NCBI GenBank assembly: GCA_964247055.1
Contig: OZ176054.1
Span: forward strand, 12,028,001 to 12,092,000
Direction: 5' to 3'
DNA from: Paragordius varius
Lineage: Eukaryota; Animalia; Nematomorpha
DNA: 64,000 bases
The notes below the pieces were generated by a model. That model saw only the letters and a list, made by a program, of their open reading frames with translations, was not told the DNA's origin and made no database searches. A program made the translations under genes and the position numbers. Within the stretch, counting starts at the first letter, position 1. Every line of letters starts with the position of its first letter. Shown here piece by piece: positions 51,805 through 63,862 of this stretch.

Positions 51805-54161
51805 ATGTTAAATTTTCAAACTACTGTGATAAAGCATGCTTTAGCTTACGACTATCTTAAAGGGACATGCGATAACACCAATCTCAAATTAGGGGTATTT
51901 GGTTCGACACTCCTGAAAAATTTAAAAAATGAATGGTATTTCTATTGTAATTATCGATTAGGATTAACAGTTTTGTTAAAAAAGAACCAAACATCCTTAT
52001 GTCCGAACCATACACCGGAGTAGGTATAAAATGCAACATTATTTTAGAAAATATAAAATTTGCAAACGGTAATTTTGGTTACTGCAATATAGTAAAAGGA
52101 GCAACCAGACAAATTGAAAGGTATTAAAGATATAAAATTTAGGGAAGTCCTTTACAAATAAATCTAGAGGGAAACTTAACATATTCCACCATTTTTAATG
52201 GGAATTTAAAGGAAATATCTGATGTATGGCGCACTAAGAGATTATTATTTTGGCGACAAGTATAAATACTCACATTTTATTAGTTTTTTAATCAACCACA
52301 TTACCTGACAAATTTATGTGTCCAACAATCCGATATAAACCATAATGAACCTTATACTTCGCATTGTCTAAGTTTTAACGCCAATGATTTATATAATACA
52401 CCTGCAAAAAATAAAAATGATCATGATAATATTTCATTTGAAAAACTTATCATAAAGGCCCAAAAACACAAAACTCATAGTTTTATACTAAATTTAAACA
52501 TTGTTTTCCAATCCATTTTATGGGCAATTTTGTGTGATGCCTCCGCCCCAACACCATTGAATAAAATTAGTTTTGAAAGAGCAAGCCAAGAATCTTGCGA
52601 CAATTCATCACAGGTAACAGAAAATTAATATATCAAACAAATTTTATCGTTTATACCATTCATTTATCAAGGTTATATTTAATTAGTTAAAAAAGTTTAG
52701 ATAATATAGAATTATCATAATGTGGCTTGTTAATTTCTATAAAACGATTATGTTTAGTATTTTTAATATAGGGTGGGACTTCAAACTCTATCTATATTAC
52801 AACTTAGGTAAATAAAAAAGTATGAATTCATAAATAAGGTAAACTTCAAATTGAGGCGAGTCCCATTTATGAGATTAATATGACTTTTAATTTGAAGTCT
52901 AACGTTAAATTGAATATTTTCCTTCGTTAACATATGGTAGTTATTTGTTTGTTATACAAGAGACTTTAAATACTGTAAAATTAAAACTTGATCCGGTTTT
53001 TTAGGTTGCAATATGTTTTCATTAAAAATATGTCGGAATCCTTATTTATTGGTCAAAGAATTACCATTTCAGTTTTTCATAATTAATAAATATTATATTA
53101 CAAAATTATAACCATCTAAACAGCAAGTGTACCATTTTTTACATCTTCAAAAATATAATTTTGCAATTCAAATACATCGGTTGTCGTTGAAACTCGCTCC
53201 AAAACATTCGAAAAAACGATTGATTATATCCAAAATTTTGCGTTAAATTTATAATAAACACATTTTTTTCTTTTGTAATCTGATTTTAAAAGTTTTTCAA
53301 TATTTTTATTTATTACAAATTTTGTTTCCATATTACATATAGACTCTTAGACTTCATCATAAAATTTCACCGTTTCAAATTAGCATTATATATCCCATAG
53401 AATGCGTTGCCCTGCTTGAATATGTTCAGAAAAAAATCCATCTAAATTCTGCTACACTTTTTGGCCCATGGGAATATTCTTCAGACGACAAAAATAATTA
53501 CGTGCCTTATTTAAATTAGTAAAAATTATTATTATATTATACGGTAAAAATTTAATTTATACCGACAAAACGTATAAATATAAAGATAAATTTTGTTTAA
53601 AAAAGACAACTATAATTTTTCAATATCGAATTTTCGATATATAAATAATTATTTAAGATTGCAAAGTATAAATTGGTTAATCAATGTTATAATTTATTAA
53701 TGTAAATAGATAAAATTAATATCGGAAAAATTTAGATTTAAAAAAAAATGATTGCTTTTAGAAAATATATTTGTCTCTATAATTTTACGATTTAATAAAT
53801 TAAAAAAAGTCCATGTTCTCTTTATTTTAAAATGTTTATTTGAGGAAAAGATTACCCTATAAATGAAATTTATGCGCTATTTTCTAGGTTTAAAATTTTT
53901 TATTTTGAAAATATTAGTTGTGATAGTATTGGAATCCCTTACATCATTAATATTCGGAAATCGACTTTAATCGATGGAATAATTGGTATTCGAAACCGGG
54001 ATACTAAAATAGAAGTTCATAACTGTTTTATCATACATATTTTTTCTTAAATTCAAATTTAATTTTTGAAAGCATTTTAAATATATATTTTTTTGTTATA
54101 GGAGGAAATCCATATCACCGAAATATCCAAATATCTGGACACTTATTTGAACCGCTACTAA
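51805..54161 (+). CDS. POLG2: Mitochondrial DNA polymerase gamma accessory subunit, about 346-354 aa
   Basis: Exons 51805-51935, 51962-52023, 52048-52120, 52148-52259, 52284-52613, 53343-53518, 53918-54014, 54102-54161. The 24-nt 52024-52047 intron is optional because it is a multiple of three and stop-free. The 52148 acceptor is inferred from frame. Motifs LGVFGSTLLKNLKNEW, WRTKRLLFWRQF, LRLHHKISPFQI, CDSIGIPY..STLIDGIIGIRNRDTKIEEEIHI match POLG2. Largely missed by the ORF track. Confidence 0.85.
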
Positions 54162-54419
54162 ATTGAATAATAAATTTTTTGAAAAAAAATGTTTTTGATG
54201 TATATTGCAGGACTGATGTTGAATACATTTAGGCCGTAGTCAAGGGGCATTGTTAATATATAAAAAGTATATTGTTTAAAATTGTAGTGAGAAAAATATA
54301 TTTTTACCTTTAATTGTTAAAAAAATTCAATTATATTTTGTTGGATAACGAAGTATTTATGTCCAAATATAAAACTTATTCAGCATTATTATATAATTAA
54401 CCATCATCATTTGTATGGA

Positions 54420-54815
54420 GATTCGCCGTTAAATGGCGGTACACCCGTTTTTTCCAGTCTTTTCTTGATTTGGATAATTCTAAATTTAAATTAAGCGATT
54501 CGAGGTCTTATGTTATTGTGTTGAGCCATGTGGTATGAGGTCTACCGGATTTGGTTGGTAGTTTAACCGAGTAATTTTTTATAGTTTTAAAAATATGTGC
54601 CTATCTCCCCGTCTCTCAATATGTCCAGTCCATTGTAATCGGAGATTACTAATAAGGTTGAGATTTAGAATATGGTACGGGTTAATGGATTATTCGTTAT
54701 AGTTGCATTTAAATGGATTTTGTGTGCGAATAATATTGTTTTCAGTATTTTGGATTCGTTTGTTTTTAACATCGACCAGGGGGGTCCAGATCCGTATATA
54801 AGGACGGGACTAATA
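54420..54815 (-). mobile_element. RTE-type LINE 3' remnant
   Basis: Minus-strand remnants RPVLIYGS ... LRLQWTGHIERR ... GRPHTTWLNTI ... RKDWK. Confidence 0.7.
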
Positions 54816-56011
54816 ACTGTTGTATAAATGGCACACTTAGTTTATAGTTTGACGAATATATTAATAATATTTTTATTGAATGGTTTTATTATGCGATGTT
54901 TAATTGCATGTTATAAAAAGTGCTTACTGTTTCTCTATATTGAGAGGGTTGGAAATTGAATTGATTGTTAAATTATTGATATAATATTTAACCATGCTGA
55001 GCATTTATAATTTTTTTCGTAGTCATTAGTTTTGAAAAATAAGCATTGGCTTTATAAACTAATTAAGTTTTTGAAAGTGCATTTTACAAAAAATTAAGAT
55101 AAAATCCGTCATATTATATTCAATAATTTTGGATTTAGAAAAAAATATACATAATAAAAAAAAGTCCATAATTATTCATGTTTATGTTTAATTTATGCGA
55201 AAATCGTAGGGATCTTTATTTAATAATACGTTTTAATTGAATTTTTTTATCACCACTGGGTTTGATAAAATTGCGATTAAACAACATTCAAAACTTATGA
55301 AAAAAATGGGCAAGAATTTTTTGCATGAATCGTAAAAAGTGCTGGTACAAAACAGTATAGAAATATTTGCACACGATATCTTTGAAAAAATATATAATCC
55401 TTTTTTATCATGTGGAAAATGGGATTGTAAATTCATATTTAGATTCCTTCAATATAAATCACAGAATTTTAAACATTACAAGAAAAATAATTAATTCAAT
55501 AAATATCACCACAAAAAAATTTCTCCTTTATCAAAAAATAATTATTTAAAAATCGGTTCCACAAAAAAAATGTGATAATAAATTTATTTATATGGTAGAT
55601 ATTTTCAAATAATGAATATATAAGTAATAAAAGATTATAAAATCTATATAAAATAATGAACTATAATATTAGGTTAATTCAATCACAAAGTTCGCACACC
55701 AACAAAGTTATCTTTTTTCCTGTATTTAAAATAATTTATAATTTGAAAATTATACTGGATATAAAAAATTGCATATGGTACAGATGTTATTTAAAGAATT
55801 ATAAAAAATAAAATTATTCTAAAGTTTAACAAGTCTAAAATAAAATCATAATTTTTTCCATTTTCTACAAAAATTAGCTAAAAAACCTTATTTATAAAAT
55901 ATATATATATAACCATCCCCAAACTGTAATAAAAAATGCATGTAAAATATATCAAATTTTCTAGGTGACAGAGTTGTCATTTAAAGTATTGATTGTCCTT
56001 TGTTTAATCAT

Positions 56012-58436
56012 TTAGGCTGGTAACTTGAGGTTTTTTCCTTTCAACACTAAATTAATATTAAAATTAAAAAAAAATTATTTTAATGAATGCCAAAACTTAT
56101 TAATATTAGTTGATAATTAATCGTTTATAATGAATGAAAAATATTAACATAAAATGTTAATTAAAACATGCCACAAAGAATTATTTTTTAATAAATTATA
56201 AAAAGTCTAATCTCACTTAAACAACTCAAAATAACAACTTGGCAGAAAAATTGTTTTAATGAACTCTTAATCCAAAAATTAGTTCGTGAAATGGTGAAAC
56301 TGAAGTAAAAACAAAGATAATTCACAAAAGATCTTTGTTTTGCGGCACAAAATCATGGCATTAAAAGCTAAACTTAGATCGACAAACAAATTTTACATTG
56401 ATATTAATATTTAATAGATAAGGTTGAATTTAAATAATTGTAGTCCACAATGTGACCAATTTACTATTTTAAACATTTAATTTAAACAATAATTTTTGTA
56501 AAATTTAGCTATATATATATTTAAGCGCTAAAAAATAATATCAAAATTATTCATTCAATTACCCTTAGTAACGTACAGGTAAAAGAAATCACAATAGAGG
56601 ATCGTTTGAACACAACCAGACACAATAGCTATCCAATCGCGGTGTCCCTCAACATAGTACCTGATTATAAAATTAAAATTTATTATTAATAAAAAATATT
56701 ATTATCTTAAATTTATATTTCAACTAAAAATTATTGATTGGAATTACAATGGGGATTTATAATAACTATAACATAGAAGTATAATATACCTGTATATCCA
56801 ATTCAAAATGTAGAGAGCTCGGTAAGAACCCAAAGCGAACAAATAGTGACTTGTAATGGTTTCAGCCTCACCTATTGCAAGGATAAATCATACATATGTT
56901 TGGAAAAACAAAATTACAGAGTCAAAAAGTAGAAACTAAAAAGCAAATATTCTTTTATAAAAACAACAGCCATGCTTTTATAAACCACCCCCCTGATTTT
57001 TTCTATACAAACCATATATTAACATTTTTGAAACATATAATTAAGTGTGTATTTCATCTCTATCCTTATTTTGCGACGCAAATGTTGAGTTATATCGACA
57101 AAAAAGTTGTATTATTTAAAAAAAATTGTCTTTTAATTTTCAGGTGTCGGCTGTGTAAATCAACCCCTCCCCCCCCCCCCCTCCAAAAAAAACATTATAT
57201 AAAAAAACGTCTATAACTTAATCAGGTCATGATAGTTATCAAACACTTTTGCAATTTTAAATAGGATTAAGTTATTATCGTTTAATGTAGAAAACAACCT
57301 ACTTCCCTAATGAGTCAAAAAATAATGAAAAAAAATTAATTCATATATTTTTTCCCACAACCACGGTCATTAGAGAGGAGATTTCTCTGTATATAAAATG
57401 TTAAAAGGTCCCAATTAAACTCTTAGTAAATGATATATCCATTTTATATATTTTTGATTTACATTTTATATAGTATCAATAGTCCAACCAATAACTTTTT
57501 GCAATCGAATTAGGTATGTCGTGTTTTATGTAATTTTTTTTAAAAAAAATGGACTTAATTCTATGAAGATTTTTTAACATAAATTAACCATTAGTTTTTG
57601 TAGCAACAATAAAATTGTTAAAAATTAATAAATATACATAAATATTCAATTATTTCCCACCTGTTTTGCTAACCATAAAAAGTTGGGGTAAAATAGCCAC
57701 AGCCTCCAAATAAATTGAAAAAGTCCATAAAATTTCAAGGATTGAAAATTCGTGATTAATCAGCAGGGAAAGTATGACAGAGGGGATTATAAGGGACTCG
57801 ATTCGGAATGTATCGTGATTCCGATCATAAGTTACTCTAAACTATATTATTGGTAAAAAAATTGCGATAAATATTTGAAAATAATTATATTAACTGATAA
57901 TTATAATAGTACTTAAATAAATAACATAGATTCAGTTAATATATCTGTTATAAATAAAACTTATTCCAACATAGGTTCGTTTAATCTTCCATTGATTAAC
58001 CATTTTAATTTTTAGATTATTTTTATCGCAAAATTTAAATTTAAAAAATAGAGGAAATTTCTACTATACCAACAAAACCATTATGTTAAATGAAAATAAT
58101 GAAGAATTTTAAAAATAATATACTTTAAAATAAATGAGATAGATGGTGGCATAAGATGCGACCAAGAATATAACTTTCATAACCGAGTTGTAAAGAGATA
58201 TATAAGTAAGGAACAAGTCAACATATCTTGTAGTATAGACCAAAGCAAATAATATTTGGGATTTTCCAGATATTCCTAATATATTCAACATGTAATTTTA
58301 AATTTATTAAGCGAATTAATTTAAAAGAGTTTTGATATAAATTACCAGCACAAGAACGAGTTTTCCATATTTTAAGAAGCAGGATTAAGATTGCAAATAG
58401 ATGGGACAAATCCCCAACTAAACGAAAAACGTTCAT
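56012..58436 (-). CDS. KDELR: ER lumen protein-retaining (KDEL) receptor, 212 aa, 6 exons
   Basis: Exons (minus) 58436-58346, 58275-58124, 57841-57661, 56871-56790, 56660-56563, 56046-56012. Total 639 nt. [55 protein letters not shown]. Confidence 0.97.
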
Positions 58437-58525
58437 GTCGTTGTATGAAAATCGCAATGTGCAAAAACACGTGGCAAGACCATTAATTATTTGGATTTTA
58501 AAAAATCAGCGATATTATAAAATAA
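58437..58525. promoter_or_regulatory. Bidirectional promoter region KDELR/PYM1 with a TGCCACGTGT (CREB3/CrebA/XBP1-type) site
   Basis: 89 nt between divergent ATGs. ACACGTGGCA at 58467-58476. Confidence 0.55.
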
Positions 58526-59146
58526 ATGAGGACAGGGACTGTGGTAGATAAAGAAGGTTGTTTTATTCTTTATTTCTAGGAAATACATTTTTACCTGCCT
58601 CTCAAAGACCAGATGGAAGTTGGAGAAAGCAAACGAAAGTAAAGGCTGGATATATACCCCAAGAAGAAGTTCCAGTGTAATCTTTATATCTAAATAAAAC
58701 AGATATGAAATTAAGCCTAAAAGTCAAATTGTTGGCACAAAAATTAATAAGTCTTTACCGCCTGGTTTAAATTTGGTCAACAGAGCAAATAATATGCCCA
58801 AACCTAAAAGCAAGGAAAATAAATCGCTAGATATGTCCGACATCAAAACACAAATTATGGGCATAGGTAATTTTAAATTATATATTATTAAGATTCAAAA
58901 TCTCATTCCAAAACAAAACTTTCAGAATCTACAGGCCTACAGTCTCAAAAAGTAGCTTTAACGTCTGACACTCTAAAAAACAAAATACGAAATTTAAAGA
59001 AACGACTCAAGCAAATTGAAGATTTAAAAAAAAAGCTGGTAAATGGAGAATCAATCGATAAAGAACAAATGGATAAAATTGATAAGCAACAAAGTGTTGA
59101 GTCTGAAATGGCTAAATATGAACAAATTTTGAGGGAGATATCTTAA
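58526..59146 (+). CDS. PYM1: Partner of Y14 and Mago (PYM/wibg), 181 aa, 4 exons
   Basis: Exons 58526-58556, 58580-58676, 58703-58866, 58893-59146, separated by introns of 23, 26 and 26 nt. N-terminal [31 protein letters not shown] and C-terminal [22 protein letters not shown] match PYM. Confidence 0.93.
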
Positions 59147-60049
59147 TTTTTTAAAATAATATGTACATAAATTTATTTATTATACACGCCTACTTGTAAT
59201 TATGGAACGATAACCAGACGGTTTTAAAATTTATTTGGAAATTTTATATCAAGTAAATAATTAGAGGGTGTAGCGTCGGAAGATAGGCGGCCACCTGCCA
59301 ACAAGCCATTTTTTACCCGCCCGTAACGCATAGAGCTTTAGAGCGGAGTGGCACATCGGAGGTTGGGTTTGGTATTAGTACCTACAAAAATAAATAATTT
59401 CTTTATGTTAGATCTGGTTTTGTAAGTTAGTATGTTTAATATTTATATCTTAAATTACAGTCAATCAGGCCCACATACATAATATAGGCATTTCTTTTAA
59501 TATTAGGCGCAATTGGTTTACGCATGTTATTTATTTTGAAAAGGTCATTATGAGAGCCCCTGTTTAGCTGTATGTAAAAGTTTTTTACCTTTAACTTAAT
59601 TTTCAGATTTATACTGTTTTTAACTTTAAAAATGCACATCATATATTTTTTTATTTAGTACTTTAATTAACTCTTTTGTTTATCCACTTTTGATTTTTTG
59701 GATCATAACCAAATAGTCTACAAGTAATAATCGTTTGAAATTCTGTTTTGAATCGTAAATAACATTGAATCTAATTGGTGGTTATATGCAATTGTGTTTA
59801 ACTGGCTTTATTCTCAAGGCTAAACAAAAAATTTTAATTATATAAGTTACGTACATAGATATAAATTGTTAGGCCAAATAACGTTATCCACTTTGTATAA
59901 TTATAGAGTTTTTTGCAGAACACATTTGTAGATTTAGTTGTAATTAAAAATTTAAATGGATGCTGGTCCATCATCTTTTTTGTTTAAAGCCGTGTACTCA
60001 TCAAAAAATTTTTATAGGCCCTATAAAATATATGTATTACTGGCAAATA

Positions 60050-60300
60050 ATATTGGATAGCTCTGTTTGGCACCTATGCAGATATTTTCACTTTAATTTA
60101 GCGGTCCACCGTTTTTTACGACCGGCATGTAAATAGCACTAAAATGCCCCTTGTGCCATTTTGTATGGTTAGTTATAATATATTGATCAAATATGCGGAC
60201 ATATTAACTCATTCTGCTGAAATATATGACAAGCCGATCTAATTTCCTTTGTGAATATGCCGCCTCGCATGTCCAAGTTTAGAGGAAAACGGTAAGGTCA
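60050..60300 (-). mobile_element. hAT transposase C-terminal remnant
   Basis: Minus strand encodes TWTCEAAYSQRKL, similar to the STYxCExxFS dimerisation motif. Boundaries approximate. Confidence 0.4.
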
Positions 60301-62743
60301 ACAAGAGCACATATTATTATATTTATTTGACCTATCTTGCTAGATTTCAATATACCATTATTTATTGTTTGGTTCCTAATTTTAAATTATTGTTTGATCG
60401 ACAATTTTTTCAACAGACATGTGAATATGATCAAAGCCGAATAGCACGGATTTAAAGAAAATTCCGGAAATTTTTCTTATTAAATAAATTTTACAATGAT
60501 TAAAAATAGCGGATTACCAAAATTAAAAATACTAAATAAATTTGAAATTAATTCAAATTTATTCAAAGCAATCATTCAATAAAAACTCAATCCTAAGGGT
60601 CATAAATAAGCCATTAAAATAATTTTTATACCGTTTTCATCACCTATATACATTTTAAGCAAAGTATGCATTTTTCTAAAAAAAATTGATGTCATAATAG
60701 CATAAATTAAATTGTTCGCATTTGCTTTTTTTGAATAAGCGAGTCCATTTTTATATTTAATTGATTTTTGAAATGAAACATTTACCTCTCACCAAAAAAT
60801 TATTCAAGTGTGCACAAATTTTACGATATTCGATATGAAGTACACCATAAAAGTGGTATGACTTTGTTAAATTAGTTGCACAGCCGAAAACTAACACCAT
60901 AATAAACTTTATAACTTTATCTATCAGAAATATATTATATCTCAGAAATATGTGCCATCCTTTTATAAATCTTTTTTTGTTAAAAAAATGAAATGAATCA
61001 ATTATTATATTTTTATTATTTAGTCGCCTACCATCCCTTTAATAAAATTTAATAATCAATCGATTAAACTTATATTACGGCGATCTCAACATTTGATTAA
61101 TACCTACATTGTTGAATAAACTCGAAAAATGCAATTTTCGTTAATTTTGCCAAATAAATTCTCAAACATATATTTCATCGCCAACAGGTGTCTTTCAATT
61201 ATTGTAAAAAATTTTAAGTATAAAAGTTGCCTACAGTAAATCACCATTTTGTCATTTAAAATTCCGTGACCCCGTTACATAGTTATTTTATAAAGATGAA
61301 AATTCCGGATTATATATAAAATACAAAATAAATGAACACATATGATCAGCAACAATATTGGACAAATGGAAACATAAAGACAAGTAATATATATTAAGCT
61401 ATGTTGAGTTAGAGGGTCAAAAATGTAGTCTTTATTTAATTATTTTTGACTAGGAAACACAGCTTTCTGAATCTGTAAAAAAAATAAGAAATCATTTAAT
61501 GTAAGAACATGAGTTAAATAATTGATTTTAAGCAAAAAGCATTTTGTAAATTTTATTAGTAAAACTATTAAAATAAGATCAAAATTTCAAAAAATGTCTA
61601 AAATATTGTTTTGGATGCTTAAAAAAAGGGAAAGTTTATCTATATATCAGTATAAATTTTATTTTAATTCTAGTTAATTTTTTTATCATATATGTCATTA
61701 ACCGGGTTGGTACAAAAAATGGCGAAATAAAAATTATATCTTTTTTTACTAAGATGCATAAACCACCATTTATTGACTATAAAGGTTATTTTTACATTTT
61801 AAATATATATTTTATTTTTTTATTTATAAATTTGAAAAAACATAATTTACTCAGTTACAAACGGGATATGTACATTTTTTACAAAAATTTACATAACTTA
61901 TGTGTGAGATTTTATTATTAAATAACCCCATTATAAATTTTTACCAAATTTTATATATACAATAAATTAAATTATGCAGACAAAAAGTAAAAATATAACG
62001 AAATTTTTTTTCTAAAAGACAACCCTCACCTTTTAAATTACATTATTCCATATTATTTTTAACTATAAAATATATAATTGATTGTGTTACCAATATATCC
62101 CTATTTCATACTGTGCGATTTACCAATTATTTATATTTCAAAAGTTCGAATTGAAAAAATATGTTGTTTTTTAAAACTAATTGTCTTTATATCTATACGT
62201 TTTGTCCGTTAAATTTCAATTATTACTATACTTTTAATTTTATTTTGTTTACATTTGAGACGCTTATTATTTATTGAAACACAGGTAAATTAAACTATAT
62301 TCTCTATTGTTGCAAAGTAGCCATTCTGATTCATAAATAATTTTGATAGCGAAAATACTTTAAAAACAGATGTATGCTTAAATCAGTTTTTTTTGAGTTT
62401 ATAAACTTATCTACATCGTGACTCCCAAATTTTTTTGAGTTCATGAGGAAAATTACGAAAAATCATATTTTGAGCCTAAAGGCACAATATGATATAAATA
62501 CCAAATTTAGTCATATTCCTTTACCGCTTTTTTGTTTAAAAACACGGAATTTTGAAGGGAAATCAATTTTATTTAAAATAGCCATCGGCCACTACCGGTT
62601 TCGCCGATCTTTCAAGTAACACAACTTAATGTCATGCCAAAAAAACTGATTTGCGACACACCATACATCAGCCATTTTCTAACGTATGAAAATTATTTAA
62701 GTGTTGGTCTGCGTGCATGTGCCCCAATCATGGGAATAGATAA

Positions 62744-63862
62744 CACTAGACAACAAATTTTAACTTTTTTTAACTGCCATACTTGTAAATTTTAAATTTA
62801 TTTTATTAAATTATATAATTAGTATATCTGAAAAGAAAATTGGTCTAGCATGCAAGAATTTTTTTATATTAGAGTTTATCGATAATTTTTGGCCCCGATT
62901 TAACATTAAACTCGAAATTTCGAAAATTAAAAGTTTTAGATATGAAGCCATGTATTTTATATCATTCGAAAGAGCGCAAAAAACTGCATCTTTTAAATGG
63001 TAGTAAGTCATTTAAATCAATCGGATGTAAAAGTTATTTGGATTTAAATGGTCGAAATTTTCAATCCTTCAATAAGTCAAGAATTTTAACAGACAAACTA
63101 ATTTGAAAATCATATAAATTATTTTAATATATAGGGTTATATTAGTCATTAATTTATAAAAAATGTTTGAAAAAGCTTTTGGTTTGCTTTTTTAATAAAA
63201 ATTATTATTATCATAAATATTTTACCTAGTGGATACTAAAATGCATAGTTATAACTGTAAATTTATTATATAATGGCTATAAAAGATTAAAAATACCTTA
63301 AACTTTGTTGTTATCTTTAAAATTTCGAAATTATTAGCCTCGTAAAGAAAATAAATTAATATTGATGAGATGGTAATTTTTAAAAAACAAAAAAATTTAA
63401 AAATGGTTGTTTTGAGTGTCATAAAAGCAATAAAAAAATGTTTTAATCAATAAAACTTCTTGTGTTATCTTTTTTGGACATTCATCACCATCTAGACAAA
63501 GTTTGAGCTATTTTAATCCATTAGTTTTAAAAAAATAATAATAAAAAAAATGCTCTCGCTTCGCGCGTTTGTCGCTCTCTGTGTCCAATATTAACTGTCG
63601 ATGTAATACATATTAGTATGCATTTTATAGAGTTTTTATTACTCTTTCGAATGATATATTACAAATGGGCATTAGTTGTATATTTTCAAAGAAAAACATT
63701 TTGTAGTAAAATTTTGATAAAGAGGGCGCATAATCAAAAAAATCAAATTATACAAAATTCTTCCAACGAGTTATAATTTTTATTTCAGATTTACTGTTAA
63801 AATGATACTAAATATCAGAAATTGCAAAAAACTCGAGTGGCAGAAAAATTTGTTGTCCAGTG
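62744..63862. mobile_element. Non-autonomous DNA element with CACTA terminus (about 1.1 kb), copy 2
   Basis: TAA|CACTAGACAACAAATTT ... AAATTTGTTGTCCAGTG|TAA. Colinear with 36309-37425. Confidence 0.8.

Noticed and set aside
52024-52047. 24-nt GT-AG segment in POLG2 as a definite intron
   Set aside because: It is a multiple of three and stop-free (GIKCNIIL), so it could be coding. Not counted among the 8 forced micro-introns.
23979-56789. AGs 22-26 nt after the donor in several long introns (TOP2 introns 11, 14, 17; CIAO3 introns 6, 7; KDELR intron 4)
   Set aside because: About 6 of the 35 non-micro introns is roughly what AG frequency in this DNA predicts by chance. Only two cases with extra features were reported.
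57163-57183. C-rich tracts (also about 830-870, 32887-32906, 39301-39320) as functional G-quadruplexes
   Set aside because: They are short homopolymer-like runs, some resembling MITE ends, with no independent support.
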